Below, one piece after another: positions 1-8,703 of a stretch of 64,000 nucleotides of DNA. Source of the stretch: Mogibacterium sp. (GTDB lineage: Bacteria > Bacillota > Clostridia > Peptostreptococcales > Anaerovoracaceae); assembly GCA_017512145.1 (NCBI GenBank), contig JAFWHB010000003.1, positions 7,629 to 71,628 of the forward strand. Direction: 5' to 3'. The number at the start of each line of letters is the position of its first letter. Positions within the stretch are counted from its first letter, which is position 1. The notes below the pieces were generated by a model, which was not told where the DNA came from, made no database searches, and worked only from the letters and a program-made list of their open reading frames with translations. The position numbers and the translations under genes were made by a program.

Positions 1-1
1 T

Positions 2-2104
2 ACCGGTGATATTGAGGACGGAATGTGCGTATACATGGGACTCCTCGCTGATTCCATGCTGAGACACGGAAGAGGCAGAGAGGTCACCAAGGAAGAGGTT
101 TATGAACACCTCAAGAGATGTGAGGACCTTGGATGCGTTCATCAGATCACAACTCTCGAGAATGGCATTTCATTTGCTATCTGTAACTGCCAGCCGCAGA
201 GCTGCATGGCTATCGGCGGTGCATCATATATCGGAGCACCTAACATGGTACGCAGCAACTATGTATCAGAGATCGATACAGAGAAGTGCGTAGCATGCGG
301 ACAGTGCGTTGAGGTTTGTGCTAACAATGCTCTCAGACTCGGACAGAAGATCTGCTCCAAGACGCCTATCGTACACAAGATGGTTGATCTCCCGGATGAT
401 CTTGAGTGGGGTCCTGAGAGACATGATCCTGATTACCGCGATCACAGGAAGAATGTTGTCGAGACAGGTACTTCTCCATGCAAGACAACATGTCCTGCAC
501 ACATCGCTATTCAGGGATATATCAAGCTTGCAGCTCAGGGCAAGTATATGGATGCTCTCGAGCTGATCAAGAAGGAGAACCCATTCCCTGCAGTATGCGG
601 CAGAATCTGCCCTCATAACTGTGAGAATGAGTGTACAAGAGGCGAGATCGACGAGCCTATCGCAATTGATGAGATCAAGAGATTCATCGCAGACAGAGAG
701 CTCGATGCATCACAGAGATTCGTACCTAAGAAGCTCTGGGATCATGACAAGAAGATCGCTGTTATAGGATCCGGTCCTGCCGGACTTTCCTGCGCTTATT
801 ATCTGCAGGCAGGCGGATTCAAGGTAACAGTATTCGAGAAGGAAATGAGACCTGGCGGAATGCTCGTTAACGGCATCCCTGGCTTCAGGCTTGAGAAGGA
901 TGTAGTTGATGCTGAGATAGACGTTCTGAGAACACTTGGTGTCAGGTTCAGATGCGGAGTCGAGGTCGGCAAGGATGTGACCATCCCAGAGCTCCGTGAG
1001 CAGGGCTTTGAGGCATTCTACCTCGGTATCGGACTTCAGAACTGCGGCAAGCTCGGAATCAAGGGCGATGATGCGGCAGGTGTAATGCCAGGCGTTGAGT
1101 TCCTCAAGAGCATCAACCGCGGCAATGATGTAACTGTCAAGGGCAAAGTCGTCGTAATCGGCGGCGGCAGCATCGGAGCTGATGTAGCACGTACAGCAAA
1201 GAGATACGGCGCAGATCAGGTAGATCTGTACTGCATTGAGGCTTATGATGATATGCCTATGGGCGAAGAAGATCAGGCTTACTGCAAGGATGACGGAATC
1301 ATCATCCACGATGGATGGGGCCAGACAGAGATCATCAAGAAGGCAGGCAAGTGCAAAGGTATCAAGTTCCGCAAGTGTCTGTCTGTCAAGAATGAAGAGG
1401 GCAGATTCGATCCTAAGTTCGATGACAGCGTAGTAGAAGAGGCTGCATGCGATACAGTTCTCTACTGCATCGGCCAGAGACCTGACTGGGGAACACTCCT
1501 TGAGGGAACCAAGGTCGAGGTCAATGGAAGAGGTCTTGTTGTAGCAGATCCTCTGACATACCAGACTGCAGAATATGACATCTTCGCAGGCGGAGACATT
1601 TATACAGGACAGAAGTTCTGCATCGATGCTATCGCAGCAGGTAAGCAGGGTGCTATCTCGATCAGCCGTGCTGTATGGGAAGGCCACAGCGTATCCCTTG
1701 CAAGAGACCGCCGCGAGTACATAGCTCTTGACAAGTCAGACCTTGACTTTGACCACATCAGCTATGACAATATCGCAAGACAGGTACCTGGCAAGAACAA
1801 GGCTAAGGCTCACAGCAAGTCCGACGACAGCCTGACATTCACCGAAGAGCAGCTCAAGAAGGAGACTGCAAGATGCCTTGGCTGCGGTGCTACGATCGTC
1901 GATCAGAACCGCTGCATCGGATGCGGACTTTGCACAACAAGATGTAAGTTCGATGCTATCCATCTCATCAAGAAGTTTGACGAGCCAATCCACGGAGTAC
2001 GTTTCCGTAAGAAATTCGTCGAGAACTACCACAAGCAGAGAGAGATGAAGATCCAGGTAAGGAAGTTCCGTGAAGCTGAGAATGCCAAGTTTGGGAGCAA
2101 ATAG
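2..2104 (+). CDS. Fe-S flavoprotein, GltD/NfnB-like NAD(P)H oxidoreductase flanked by 4Fe-4S ferredoxin domains (5' end outside window)
   Basis: The frame is open from nt 2. Motifs seen: CVACGQCVEVC cluster, GltD-type block CKTTCP...CGRICPHNCENEC, GSGPAG and GGGSIG dinucleotide folds, and a C-terminal CLGCG...CIGCGLCTTRC. Confidence 0.8.
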   Translation, partial: TGDIEDGMCVYMGLLADSMLRHGRGREVTKEEVYEHLKRCEDLGCVHQITTLENGISFAICNCQPQSCMAIGGASYIGAPNMVRSNYVSEIDTEKCVACGQCVEVCANNALRLGQKICSKTPIVHKMVDLPDDLEWGPERHDPDYRDHRKNVVETGTSPCKTTCPAHIAIQGYIKLAAQGKYMDALELIKKENPFPAVCGRICPHNCENECTRGEIDEPIAIDEIKRFIADRELDASQRFVPKKLWDHDKKIAVIGSGPAGLSCAYYLQAGGFKVTVFEKEMRPGGMLVNGIPGFRLEKDVVDAEIDVLRTLGVRFRCGVEVGKDVTIPELREQGFEAFYLGIGLQNCGKLGIKGDDAAGVMPGVEFLKSINRGNDVTVKGKVVVIGGGSIGADVARTAKRYGADQVDLYCIEAYDDMPMGEEDQAYCKDDGIIIHDGWGQTEIIKKAGKCKGIKFRKCLSVKNEEGRFDPKFDDSVVEEAACDTVLYCIGQRPDWGTLLEGTKVEVNGRGLVVADPLTYQTAEYDIFAGGDIYTGQKFCIDAIAAGKQGAISISRAVWEGHSVSLARDRREYIALDKSDLDFDHISYDNIARQVPGKNKAKAHSKSDDSLTFTEEQLKKETARCLGCGATIVDQNRCIGCGLCTTRCKFDAIHLIKKFDEPIHGVRFRKKFVENYHKQREMKIQVRKFREAENAKFGSK

Positions 2105-2106
2105 AA

Positions 2107-2472
2107 ATGCATGAACTGACTTTGCTGTTTGGTATAGCAGACAGCGTCGGCAAAGTGGTCAAAGAGAATGATCTCGATCATGTAGATGCTGTTGTAGTTG
2201 ATATCGGTGAGGCAACTGCTGTAGTGCCTGAATTCATGCAGGACGGATATTCAGTGGTATCCGATGAATATGACTTCCTGAGAGGGTCGGAGCTTATCAT
2301 CAACAGGATCAAAGCAATCGGGATATGCCAGAACTGCGGCGAGGAATTCGACATAATGAAATACGAAGGAATCTGCCCGGAGTGCGGCAGCTTCGAGAAG
2401 GAAGTGATCTCCGGATTTGACTTCTATATAAGAGAAGTCAGGGTGTATGAGCATCCGGATCAGACCTCATGA
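2107..2472 (+). CDS. hypA: HypA-like nickel/zinc metallochaperone (hydrogenase maturation factor family)
   Basis: N-terminal MHE motif, about 120 aa, CQNCG...CPECG zinc-ribbon pair. It starts 2 nt after the upstream stop. Confidence 0.7.
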   Translation: MHELTLLFGIADSVGKVVKENDLDHVDAVVVDIGEATAVVPEFMQDGYSVVSDEYDFLRGSELIINRIKAIGICQNCGEEFDIMKYEGICPECGSFEKEVISGFDFYIREVRVYEHPDQTS

Positions 2473-2496
2473 TATCTTAATTCAATAATTACACGG

Positions 2497-2530
2497 GAGA
2501 CCGCAGCATTATTGCCGCGGTCTTTCGCTT
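2497..2530 (+). terminator. Rho-independent terminator after hypA
   Basis: GC-rich hairpin gagaccgc...gcggtct followed by a T-rich tract. Confidence 0.6.
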
Positions 2531-2559
2531 TGTTTGATGAGTTATGGTAAGATAACAGC

Positions 2560-3651
2560 ATGATTGACTATAATTTTGAGCTTAGCGAAACACAATCGAA
2601 TATTCTTGAGAAGTGTCCTGAGTGGAATGAACTGATGAATGTCGTCGAGTTCAGAAATGTGCCGGATGTGAGGGGTGCCGGATACGAGGGCAAAGTGGTC
2701 TTCTATAACAGCCGGCTGATGAGGCAGTATCCTCAGGAGGTCCAGGCCTATCTGATCGCAGAGCAGCTGGTGCATATACAGTTTGCTCATCAGCTGAGAG
2801 GCAAGGGCCTTGAAGGGAAGATCTGGGATGCTGCGTGCAGAGCTGTCGCATGTGAGATGCTTGTATCTGATGGCTTCGAACCACCTGCAGATATGGTCAG
2901 GTACCGGGAGGCTAAGGACCTTGGTGCGGAGGAGATGTACGAGATCCTTCTTGAGCAGGCAGTCAGGGACGAACCACAGCCCGCAGATGATCCATCCGAT
3001 GAACAGCCAATGCAGTATGAAGAGACAGATGTGCTGTATATGCTTAAGAACAGAGATGACAAGCAGCAGGGCGATCTTCAGGGCGCGCAGGACAGAGAGA
3101 TAGAAGATCCGCGTCTTGCCCATGCAGTTGCCGGCCTTTCGGATCTTATGGAACCAAGTCTTCAGGTAGATTATGACTGGTTCCCTGCGGACAGGATCAG
3201 GGATGGAATACTCAAGGAGCAGTTCAAGGCATATCCGGTCCCGCATGCCGAGATACTTCTGGATACGAGTGCGTCTATTGATGAGGATCTCCTGAGAGCA
3301 TTTGTCATGGGCGTCAAGGGTATTCTCAGAGAGGATGCCGTCGTAAAAGTCGGTTGCTTTGACACGGAATTCTATGGATTCCAGGAGATCCATTCTGAGA
3401 AGGATATATCTGAGCTTGAGCTCAAGGGGGCAGGCGGCACGAATTTTGACACTGCAGTCAAAGCCTTCACAGGAGATGCCGAGACCAAGATCATTTTCAC
3501 AGATGGTTATGCAGATATGCCGGGCACAAGGTGTGATGCCATCTGGCTCGTATACAGTGACACGCCGGTGAATCCGCCCGGCGGCAGAGTAATATATGTA
3601 AAGAAACCAGAGGAGATCAAAGACCATGAAATCGATTTTCTTATCACATAA
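2560..3651 (+). CDS. VWA-like domain protein with N-terminal putative metallopeptidase-like domain (DUF2201-type architecture)
   Basis: N-terminal HIQFAH His pair and acidic linker. C-terminal VWA-like block ILLDTSASI...GGTNF...IFTDGY. Overlaps the downstream AAA+ gene by 26 nt. Confidence 0.65.
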   Translation: MIDYNFELSETQSNILEKCPEWNELMNVVEFRNVPDVRGAGYEGKVVFYNSRLMRQYPQEVQAYLIAEQLVHIQFAHQLRGKGLEGKIWDAACRAVACEMLVSDGFEPPADMVRYREAKDLGAEEMYEILLEQAVRDEPQPADDPSDEQPMQYEETDVLYMLKNRDDKQQGDLQGAQDREIEDPRLAHAVAGLSDLMEPSLQVDYDWFPADRIRDGILKEQFKAYPVPHAEILLDTSASIDEDLLRAFVMGVKGILREDAVVKVGCFDTEFYGFQEIHSEKDISELELKGAGGTNFDTAVKAFTGDAETKIIFTDGYADMPGTRCDAIWLVYSDTPVNPPGGRVIYVKKPEEIKDHEIDFLIT

Positions 3652-5260
3652 GCAGCTGTTCGAGAATCCGCTCCAGATATTCAGGTCAGTAGGGAAGACC
3701 GCACAGGCAAGTGACCTCGTTCTTGTGACTATTCCTGATGACGGATTCTCACTTACCGATAATGGTGTCAACTACTTCCTTTCCGGAGACGACTGTGCTG
3801 ACAGATTCGGCAGGGACAACAGGTGCGCAAATTGTGCGGTGAGGCCTGCGATCCTCATGGAGCCGGGCGATGAGAAGCTGCTGAGACATGTCCGCGAGGT
3901 AGGGGATATTGTTACGGTCGAGATGGGAACCTACCCATCCGTCGTGCTCGAGCCGTCGATGCGTGACATGGCAGAGAAACAATACAGGGAAGGGACTCTT
4001 AAGGAGACCGGTTCCAGCTATACTATCGCAGGAGAGGCAAGACCTGTTTACAGACTAGGTGCCAAGAGGATCGTAAGGATCCCGGTCACGGACGAAGCCT
4101 TCAACGGATTTGTCCAGCTTTCAGACGGAACAGCGGTCAGCGTTACTGAGGAGATCTTCATTGAGGTGAGACCTATCCGCTGGTACTATGATGAGCCTAA
4201 CAAGCTGCTGATCTCAGGCAGAGCTCTCTTTGCGGGCCTTGGAAGAGAAGAGGCAGCAGCATATCTTAAGGAAGGATTCCTTGAGGAGCTGCTTGCAGAG
4301 GATGACGGAGAGGACGATTCCGCTGCAGCAGGTACTTCATATCATATAGAAGAACATGATGAGCTTGACCTCATAAGAGCTTTCATCAAGGCGGACATCC
4401 CTGTGTTCATACACGGCCTTACCGGTGACGGCAAGAGTGACCGTGTCAAGGAAATAGATCCTGACGTCCTTGATATTGAACTTGTAAATGAGACACCTGA
4501 GACGATCAACGGCAGGGCGGTATATAACGAGACCAAGGACGAGATCATAGACATCAAGCCGGTCTGGCTTGTCAAGCTCGAGCGTCTCTGCGAGGATGGC
4601 AAGCTGCACATCTTATTCTTCGACGAGCTGACGAATGCCACCAAGCAGACTCAGGCCGTAATATTCAAGATCGTACTTGAGAGATTTGTCAATAACAGAT
4701 GGCCGCTTCCTGCCAATGCACGTATCGTCGCAGCGGGCAATGACCGCAGCGAATCGAGCGTCGCCCATGATCTTGCGGAGCCGCTGTTCGGCAGATTTGC
4801 ACACATATATATCAGGACAACAGTTGAGAACTGGATGCCATGGGCAGTCAGAAAATCAATCAATCCTTATGTCATGGAATTCCTTGCGAATAATGACCTG
4901 TACCTGAGAACAGCATATACAGGTACAGAAGGTTACGCAGACCCGCGCAGATGGGAGATGGTATCGAGAGTTCTCGACAGCTCGGATAATGACTTTGCGC
5001 TGATCGAACCTATCGTCGGACACGAAACAGCCGAAGCCTTCATAAGATTCTTCCGCTCACAGGAAGAAATGGCCGATATTGCAAGATATACAGAAGAAGA
5101 ACTTGCGAGAATGACAGTTGCAAGGAAGTACCAGATAGCACAGCAGTGCCTGTATGCAGCAGCAGCCAAGCCTGCAGAAGCAGAAGAGCTCGTAAGCAAG
5201 CTCGGACCTGAGTTTTCAGCATGGTTCAAGTATGTGCTTGAGAGAAAGAACAGAATCTGA
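3626..5260 (+). CDS. MoxR/AAA_5-type AAA+ ATPase with an unassigned N-terminal domain of about 245 aa
   Basis: Walker A GLTGDGKS, Walker B ILFFDELTNA, sensor region RIVAAGN. GAGGAG RBS upstream of the ATG. Confidence 0.75.
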   Translation: MKSIFLSHKQLFENPLQIFRSVGKTAQASDLVLVTIPDDGFSLTDNGVNYFLSGDDCADRFGRDNRCANCAVRPAILMEPGDEKLLRHVREVGDIVTVEMGTYPSVVLEPSMRDMAEKQYREGTLKETGSSYTIAGEARPVYRLGAKRIVRIPVTDEAFNGFVQLSDGTAVSVTEEIFIEVRPIRWYYDEPNKLLISGRALFAGLGREEAAAYLKEGFLEELLAEDDGEDDSAAAGTSYHIEEHDELDLIRAFIKADIPVFIHGLTGDGKSDRVKEIDPDVLDIELVNETPETINGRAVYNETKDEIIDIKPVWLVKLERLCEDGKLHILFFDELTNATKQTQAVIFKIVLERFVNNRWPLPANARIVAAGNDRSESSVAHDLAEPLFGRFAHIYIRTTVENWMPWAVRKSINPYVMEFLANNDLYLRTAYTGTEGYADPRRWEMVSRVLDSSDNDFALIEPIVGHETAEAFIRFFRSQEEMADIARYTEEELARMTVARKYQIAQQCLYAAAAKPAEAEELVSKLGPEFSAWFKYVLERKNRI

Positions 5261-5280
5261 GCACAATCAAATAGTATGCG

Positions 5281-5309
5281 TTGACTTACCACATGGTCAG
5301 GAATATAAT
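5281..5309 (+). promoter_or_regulatory. Consensus sigma-70-type promoter
   Basis: TTGACT, 17-nt spacer, TATAAT. Confidence 0.7.
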
Positions 5310-5361
5310 GTCTTGGATTGACCAGTTGGCCAATTACAATCACATTATATGGAGGAATTTT

Positions 5362-5672
5362 ATGTTATTTCAGCTTTACAGTGACCATGCCGTAATGCAG
5401 ATCGTCGGCTGGGTACTTGCGTTCTGCGGACTTATTCTCATGAATGAGATCGGCAGGAAGACCAAGATAGGCGGTATGACAGTTCCTCAATGGGAATCCA
5501 CGCTGATCCAAGAGCTCAGGGCGTTGTAGCAATGATGGCTATCGCAGCAAATGTTATCTGCATTGCAGTAATCATCAAGCGCTCCATCGAAATGGGCAAG
5601 AACCCATATTCAAACGAAGTATTCAAGGGAACGAAGGACTTCGAAGAAGCAATGGCAAGAGCCGAGGTTTAA
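5362..5672 (+). pseudogene. Degenerate or frameshifted small membrane-protein gene (two short ORFs in different frames)
   Basis: GGAGGA RBS and ATG at 5362 give a 55-aa ORF with one TM segment ending at 5529. A second hydrophobic ORF (5490-5672) in another frame overlaps it. The unit is bracketed by a consensus promoter and a strong terminator. Confidence 0.4.
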
Positions 5673-5688
5673 TAAGCTTTTCACTATA

Positions 5689-5716
5689 CAGCCGTCCGGC
5701 AGGGCGGCTGTTTTTG
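5689..5716 (+). terminator. Rho-independent terminator
   Basis: cagccgtcc...ggcggctg hairpin followed by TTTTT. Confidence 0.8.
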
Positions 5717-5797
5717 TATATTGTCATAGGAATCGGATATATTGTGGCCGGCTGTGAGTGGTGTTAATATAGAAGCAGTTGATCAGGGAGGTGTGAT

Positions 5798-6994
5798 ATG
5801 AGAGACCTCAGACATATACATTATTATGAAGGACTGCTGGAGCAGACAGATAACGAGCTTGTCCGCAAAGAGAAGGCTGAAGGCGGCATTGCTGCCGGAT
5901 ATACTTGTTATTATGTCCCGGAAGTCCTTTTGAATTGCGGCAAAGCTTTTTCGGTAAGGCTCAGGGCGCCTAATACAGGCTCACTTGATATCAGTCAGTA
6001 TTATATGTCCAGCTTCATCTGCGGCTATACAAGGGCACTCTTCGAGAGAGCCTTTGAGGGCGGCATGAACTTCCTGGACTTCTACGCAAGTTCTGATACA
6101 TGCCAGCAGATGGTCAGAGTCGTTGAGAACATCAGGGATCTTGAGCTGATCAATAATCCGCGCTTTGGCTGGGGCATTATCGATGCACCTCTCAAGATAA
6201 GTCCACACGGAACCAAGCTGTATATCGATCAGATCAGGGAACATATCCTAAGACCGCTGGCAGACAAATACGATATAGATGTATCAGATCAGGCGATCAG
6301 GGCTGCTGTCAGGGAACATAACGAGATGTGCGCTATATTCGAGGAGATATCCGCTTTGCGTAGAGACCTCAATCCGCGCATCACTCCTCGTGAGTTCCAT
6401 ATATTATGCCTTGTCAGCTATGCCTGCCCGACCACGCAGATCCTGCCTTATCTCAGAGAGACGCTGGAAGACCTGAGAACACGTGAGGCAGATCCTGTTT
6501 CAAAATGGAGAGCAAGGGTCATAGTAGTCGGAAGTGAGCTTGACGATTATGATTTCTCAGAGATACTTGAGAACTGCCGCTGCTACATAGCAGCTGACAG
6601 ATATTGCTTTGGCGCATATCCGGGACGCCAGCAGATCCCACTGAATGACGATGAGCCGGCTCTTGATCAGGTTTGCCGCTGGTATCTCGAGACCAATCAG
6701 TGCCCGAGATTCATGTCTCAGGAGAAGATTGCCGACAGACGCGAGACAGTAAAGAAGCTCTGTGATGAGTATCATGCAGACGGCGTTGTCATAGAGCAGG
6801 CCAAATTCTGCGACTTCTGGGGCTATGAACGCACCCTTAATACACAAGTGTTGCGTGATGAATACGGAATCCCGACACTTGGGATCGACAGAGAGTATGT
6901 AGTCCGTGGCTCAGGACAGCTTGCAACGAGGATACAGGCCTTCGTCGAAAGTCTTGAGATCAAGAAGATACAGAAAGGAGGTCCCGGGGCATGA
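5798..6994 (+). CDS. 2-hydroxyacyl-CoA dehydratase / benzoyl-CoA reductase family subunit (smaller, HgdB-like)
   Basis: Family-typical Cys-containing blocks (GYTCYYVP, SSDTCQQM, AKFCDFWGYE) and length. AGGGAGG RBS. ATGA overlap with the next gene. Confidence 0.7.
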   Translation: MRDLRHIHYYEGLLEQTDNELVRKEKAEGGIAAGYTCYYVPEVLLNCGKAFSVRLRAPNTGSLDISQYYMSSFICGYTRALFERAFEGGMNFLDFYASSDTCQQMVRVVENIRDLELINNPRFGWGIIDAPLKISPHGTKLYIDQIREHILRPLADKYDIDVSDQAIRAAVREHNEMCAIFEEISALRRDLNPRITPREFHILCLVSYACPTTQILPYLRETLEDLRTREADPVSKWRARVIVVGSELDDYDFSEILENCRCYIAADRYCFGAYPGRQQIPLNDDEPALDQVCRWYLETNQCPRFMSQEKIADRRETVKKLCDEYHADGVVIEQAKFCDFWGYERTLNTQVLRDEYGIPTLGIDREYVVRGSGQLATRIQAFVESLEIKKIQKGGPGA

Positions 6995-8529
6995 GTAAAG
7001 GCGCAGCCGACAACATGAATAAGGGTACCGGTATCCTTCGCCACCGTGAGTGGAGAGGTCTTCGCGATACAGTTTATGACTATCTTCAGTGGTGCAGACT
7101 CTGGGGTATACTGATCAAGTGGGCTCTGAGTCATCCGGTCCAGAATATCAAGGCTATATTCAGATACCGCTGGATGTTCTCATACCTGACAGTGCCGTCG
7201 TTCTTTGACCGCATCTGCTCGGGGCAGAGAGGAGCAGGGCTGAGGGCAGCCCGCAATAATCTGAACTATCTGGCCAGTGATGTTACAGGAACCCTGACCA
7301 CGATATTCTCCGCAGATATGCATCTTCATCCGGGAAGCAAGAAGGCGGAGGAACTCAACAAGAAAATAATATGTGTGGATGAACTTCTTCCTTCACTTCT
7401 TGGCAAAGGATTCCCGAATTGCAAGACCATCCTCTTCCAGGAGTATCCGATGTATCTTCCGTCGCTTATCAATCAGCACAGTCCGGTCCATTACATAGAG
7501 CAGTCAGAGCTGTATGGACTTCCTGCTGATGTCTGCCCGCTCCCGTCGTTCGAGGCAGGACTTGCTATCGAGGACGATTTTCCTAAGATCGGGTGCTGCA
7601 TGCTGACATCCAACATGCCATGCGACGGCAGCATCATGACAACGATGATACAGGACAGGCGTATAGGTCTTCCTTCCCAGCAGCTGAATGTACCTCTCCG
7701 CTGGAAAGAGGACGAGGTCCAGGAATATGCTGTCGAGGAGATCAAGTCTGCAATAGAATTCCTTGAGAAGTATACAGGTGAGAAATATGACTGGGACGCT
7801 CTCAAGGCAGCATGCGAGATATGGAACGCCCAGAATGAGGCCAAATTCGAGAAGTGGGATATGAACCGCACTGATATCCCGCCTCATACAGGATCCTCGG
7901 CATGGCTTTACAGGATCTTCGAGCATCAGGCAGTCTGCGGTGAGCCTAAGGCTCTTGCCAACGACAGGAAGGTCAATGAAATACTGAGGCGGCAGGTTGC
8001 GGCAGGTAAGTGCCCTAAGACGATCCGTCACCGTGCGATCATCTGGAACACGCCTGCGAACAATTACGCGAATTTCAATAACTGGCTGCTTGAATGCTGG
8101 GGAATAGATTCTGTCTGCGAGATGATCGATATTCACGGTACAGACCTTATCGATACTTCAACCAGAGAGAGCATGCTCTATGGTGTGGCTGATATGTATC
8201 AGACCTCTACAATGAGAGCTCACACCAAGGGCGGTAACGAGGTCATGATAGATGCTCTCTGGGAGAAATATGAAGAATTCAACGCAGATATGATCATCAT
8301 GTTCGATCAGATATCATGCAAAGGAGTCGGTGCGATCAACGGACTCTTCGAAGAGGGAGCTCAGAGAAGAGGCATTCCTATGTGCAGAGTCCGTCAGGAC
8401 CTGATGGATCCTACATCTATTTCAAGAAGAGAGATGAGAGGCGACGTCAACGCATTCATGCAGACTGTAATGAATGAAGAACCACTCGACCCGACACTTG
8501 TGGAATTTGATGATGATAAGAGCTGGTAA
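6991..8529 (+). CDS. 2-hydroxyacyl-CoA dehydratase family subunit (larger, HgdA-like, with an extra N-terminal region of about 100 aa)
   Basis: Blocks DVCPLP, NMPCDGS and FDQISCKG are typical of the family. Translationally coupled to the upstream subunit. Confidence 0.7.
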   Translation: MSKGAADNMNKGTGILRHREWRGLRDTVYDYLQWCRLWGILIKWALSHPVQNIKAIFRYRWMFSYLTVPSFFDRICSGQRGAGLRAARNNLNYLASDVTGTLTTIFSADMHLHPGSKKAEELNKKIICVDELLPSLLGKGFPNCKTILFQEYPMYLPSLINQHSPVHYIEQSELYGLPADVCPLPSFEAGLAIEDDFPKIGCCMLTSNMPCDGSIMTTMIQDRRIGLPSQQLNVPLRWKEDEVQEYAVEEIKSAIEFLEKYTGEKYDWDALKAACEIWNAQNEAKFEKWDMNRTDIPPHTGSSAWLYRIFEHQAVCGEPKALANDRKVNEILRRQVAAGKCPKTIRHRAIIWNTPANNYANFNNWLLECWGIDSVCEMIDIHGTDLIDTSTRESMLYGVADMYQTSTMRAHTKGGNEVMIDALWEKYEEFNADMIIMFDQISCKGVGAINGLFEEGAQRRGIPMCRVRQDLMDPTSISRREMRGDVNAFMQTVMNEEPLDPTLVEFDDDKSW

Positions 8530-8541
8530 GGAGGACATACA

Positions 8542-8697
8542 ATGAAAGCAATCATGATAATACTTATAATACTTGTTGTGCTCTTCCTTCTTACAGTACT
8601 TATCTACTGGTTCAACCTCGACACCAAGATCGTCAAGGCCATAGAGAAGCCGATGATGAAGCACTACGACAGCATTAAGAGAGATAACAGGTTATAG
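8542..8697 (+). CDS. 51-aa single-pass membrane micro-protein (absent from the ORF track)
   Basis: AAGGAGG RBS 5 nt upstream of the ATG. Translation is MKAIMIILIILVVLFLLTVLIYWFNLDTKIVKAIEKPMMKHYDSIKRDNRL. It fills the gap between two genes exactly. Confidence 0.6.
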   Translation: MKAIMIILIILVVLFLLTVLIYWFNLDTKIVKAIEKPMMKHYDSIKRDNRL

Positions 8698-8703
8698 ACA
8701 TTG

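Noticed and set aside
2542-3771. A 409-aa ORF on the minus strand. Other long antisense ORFs are similar, for example 710-1687, 7504-8136, 25156-25833, 26864-27793, 55067-55702 and 56957-57535.
   Set aside because: These lie fully antisense to genes with clear family motifs. They have no RBS, their composition is odd (Cys/Ser/Leu-rich), and I recognise no domains. They are typical shadow ORFs.
2107-5260. hypA plus VWA plus MoxR ATPase as a single metal-centre maturation operon.
   Set aside because: A GC-rich hairpin with a T-rich tail (2497-2530) and an 87-nt gap separate hypA from the VWA gene. Co-transcription is not supported by the sequence, so the two are reported as separate observations.
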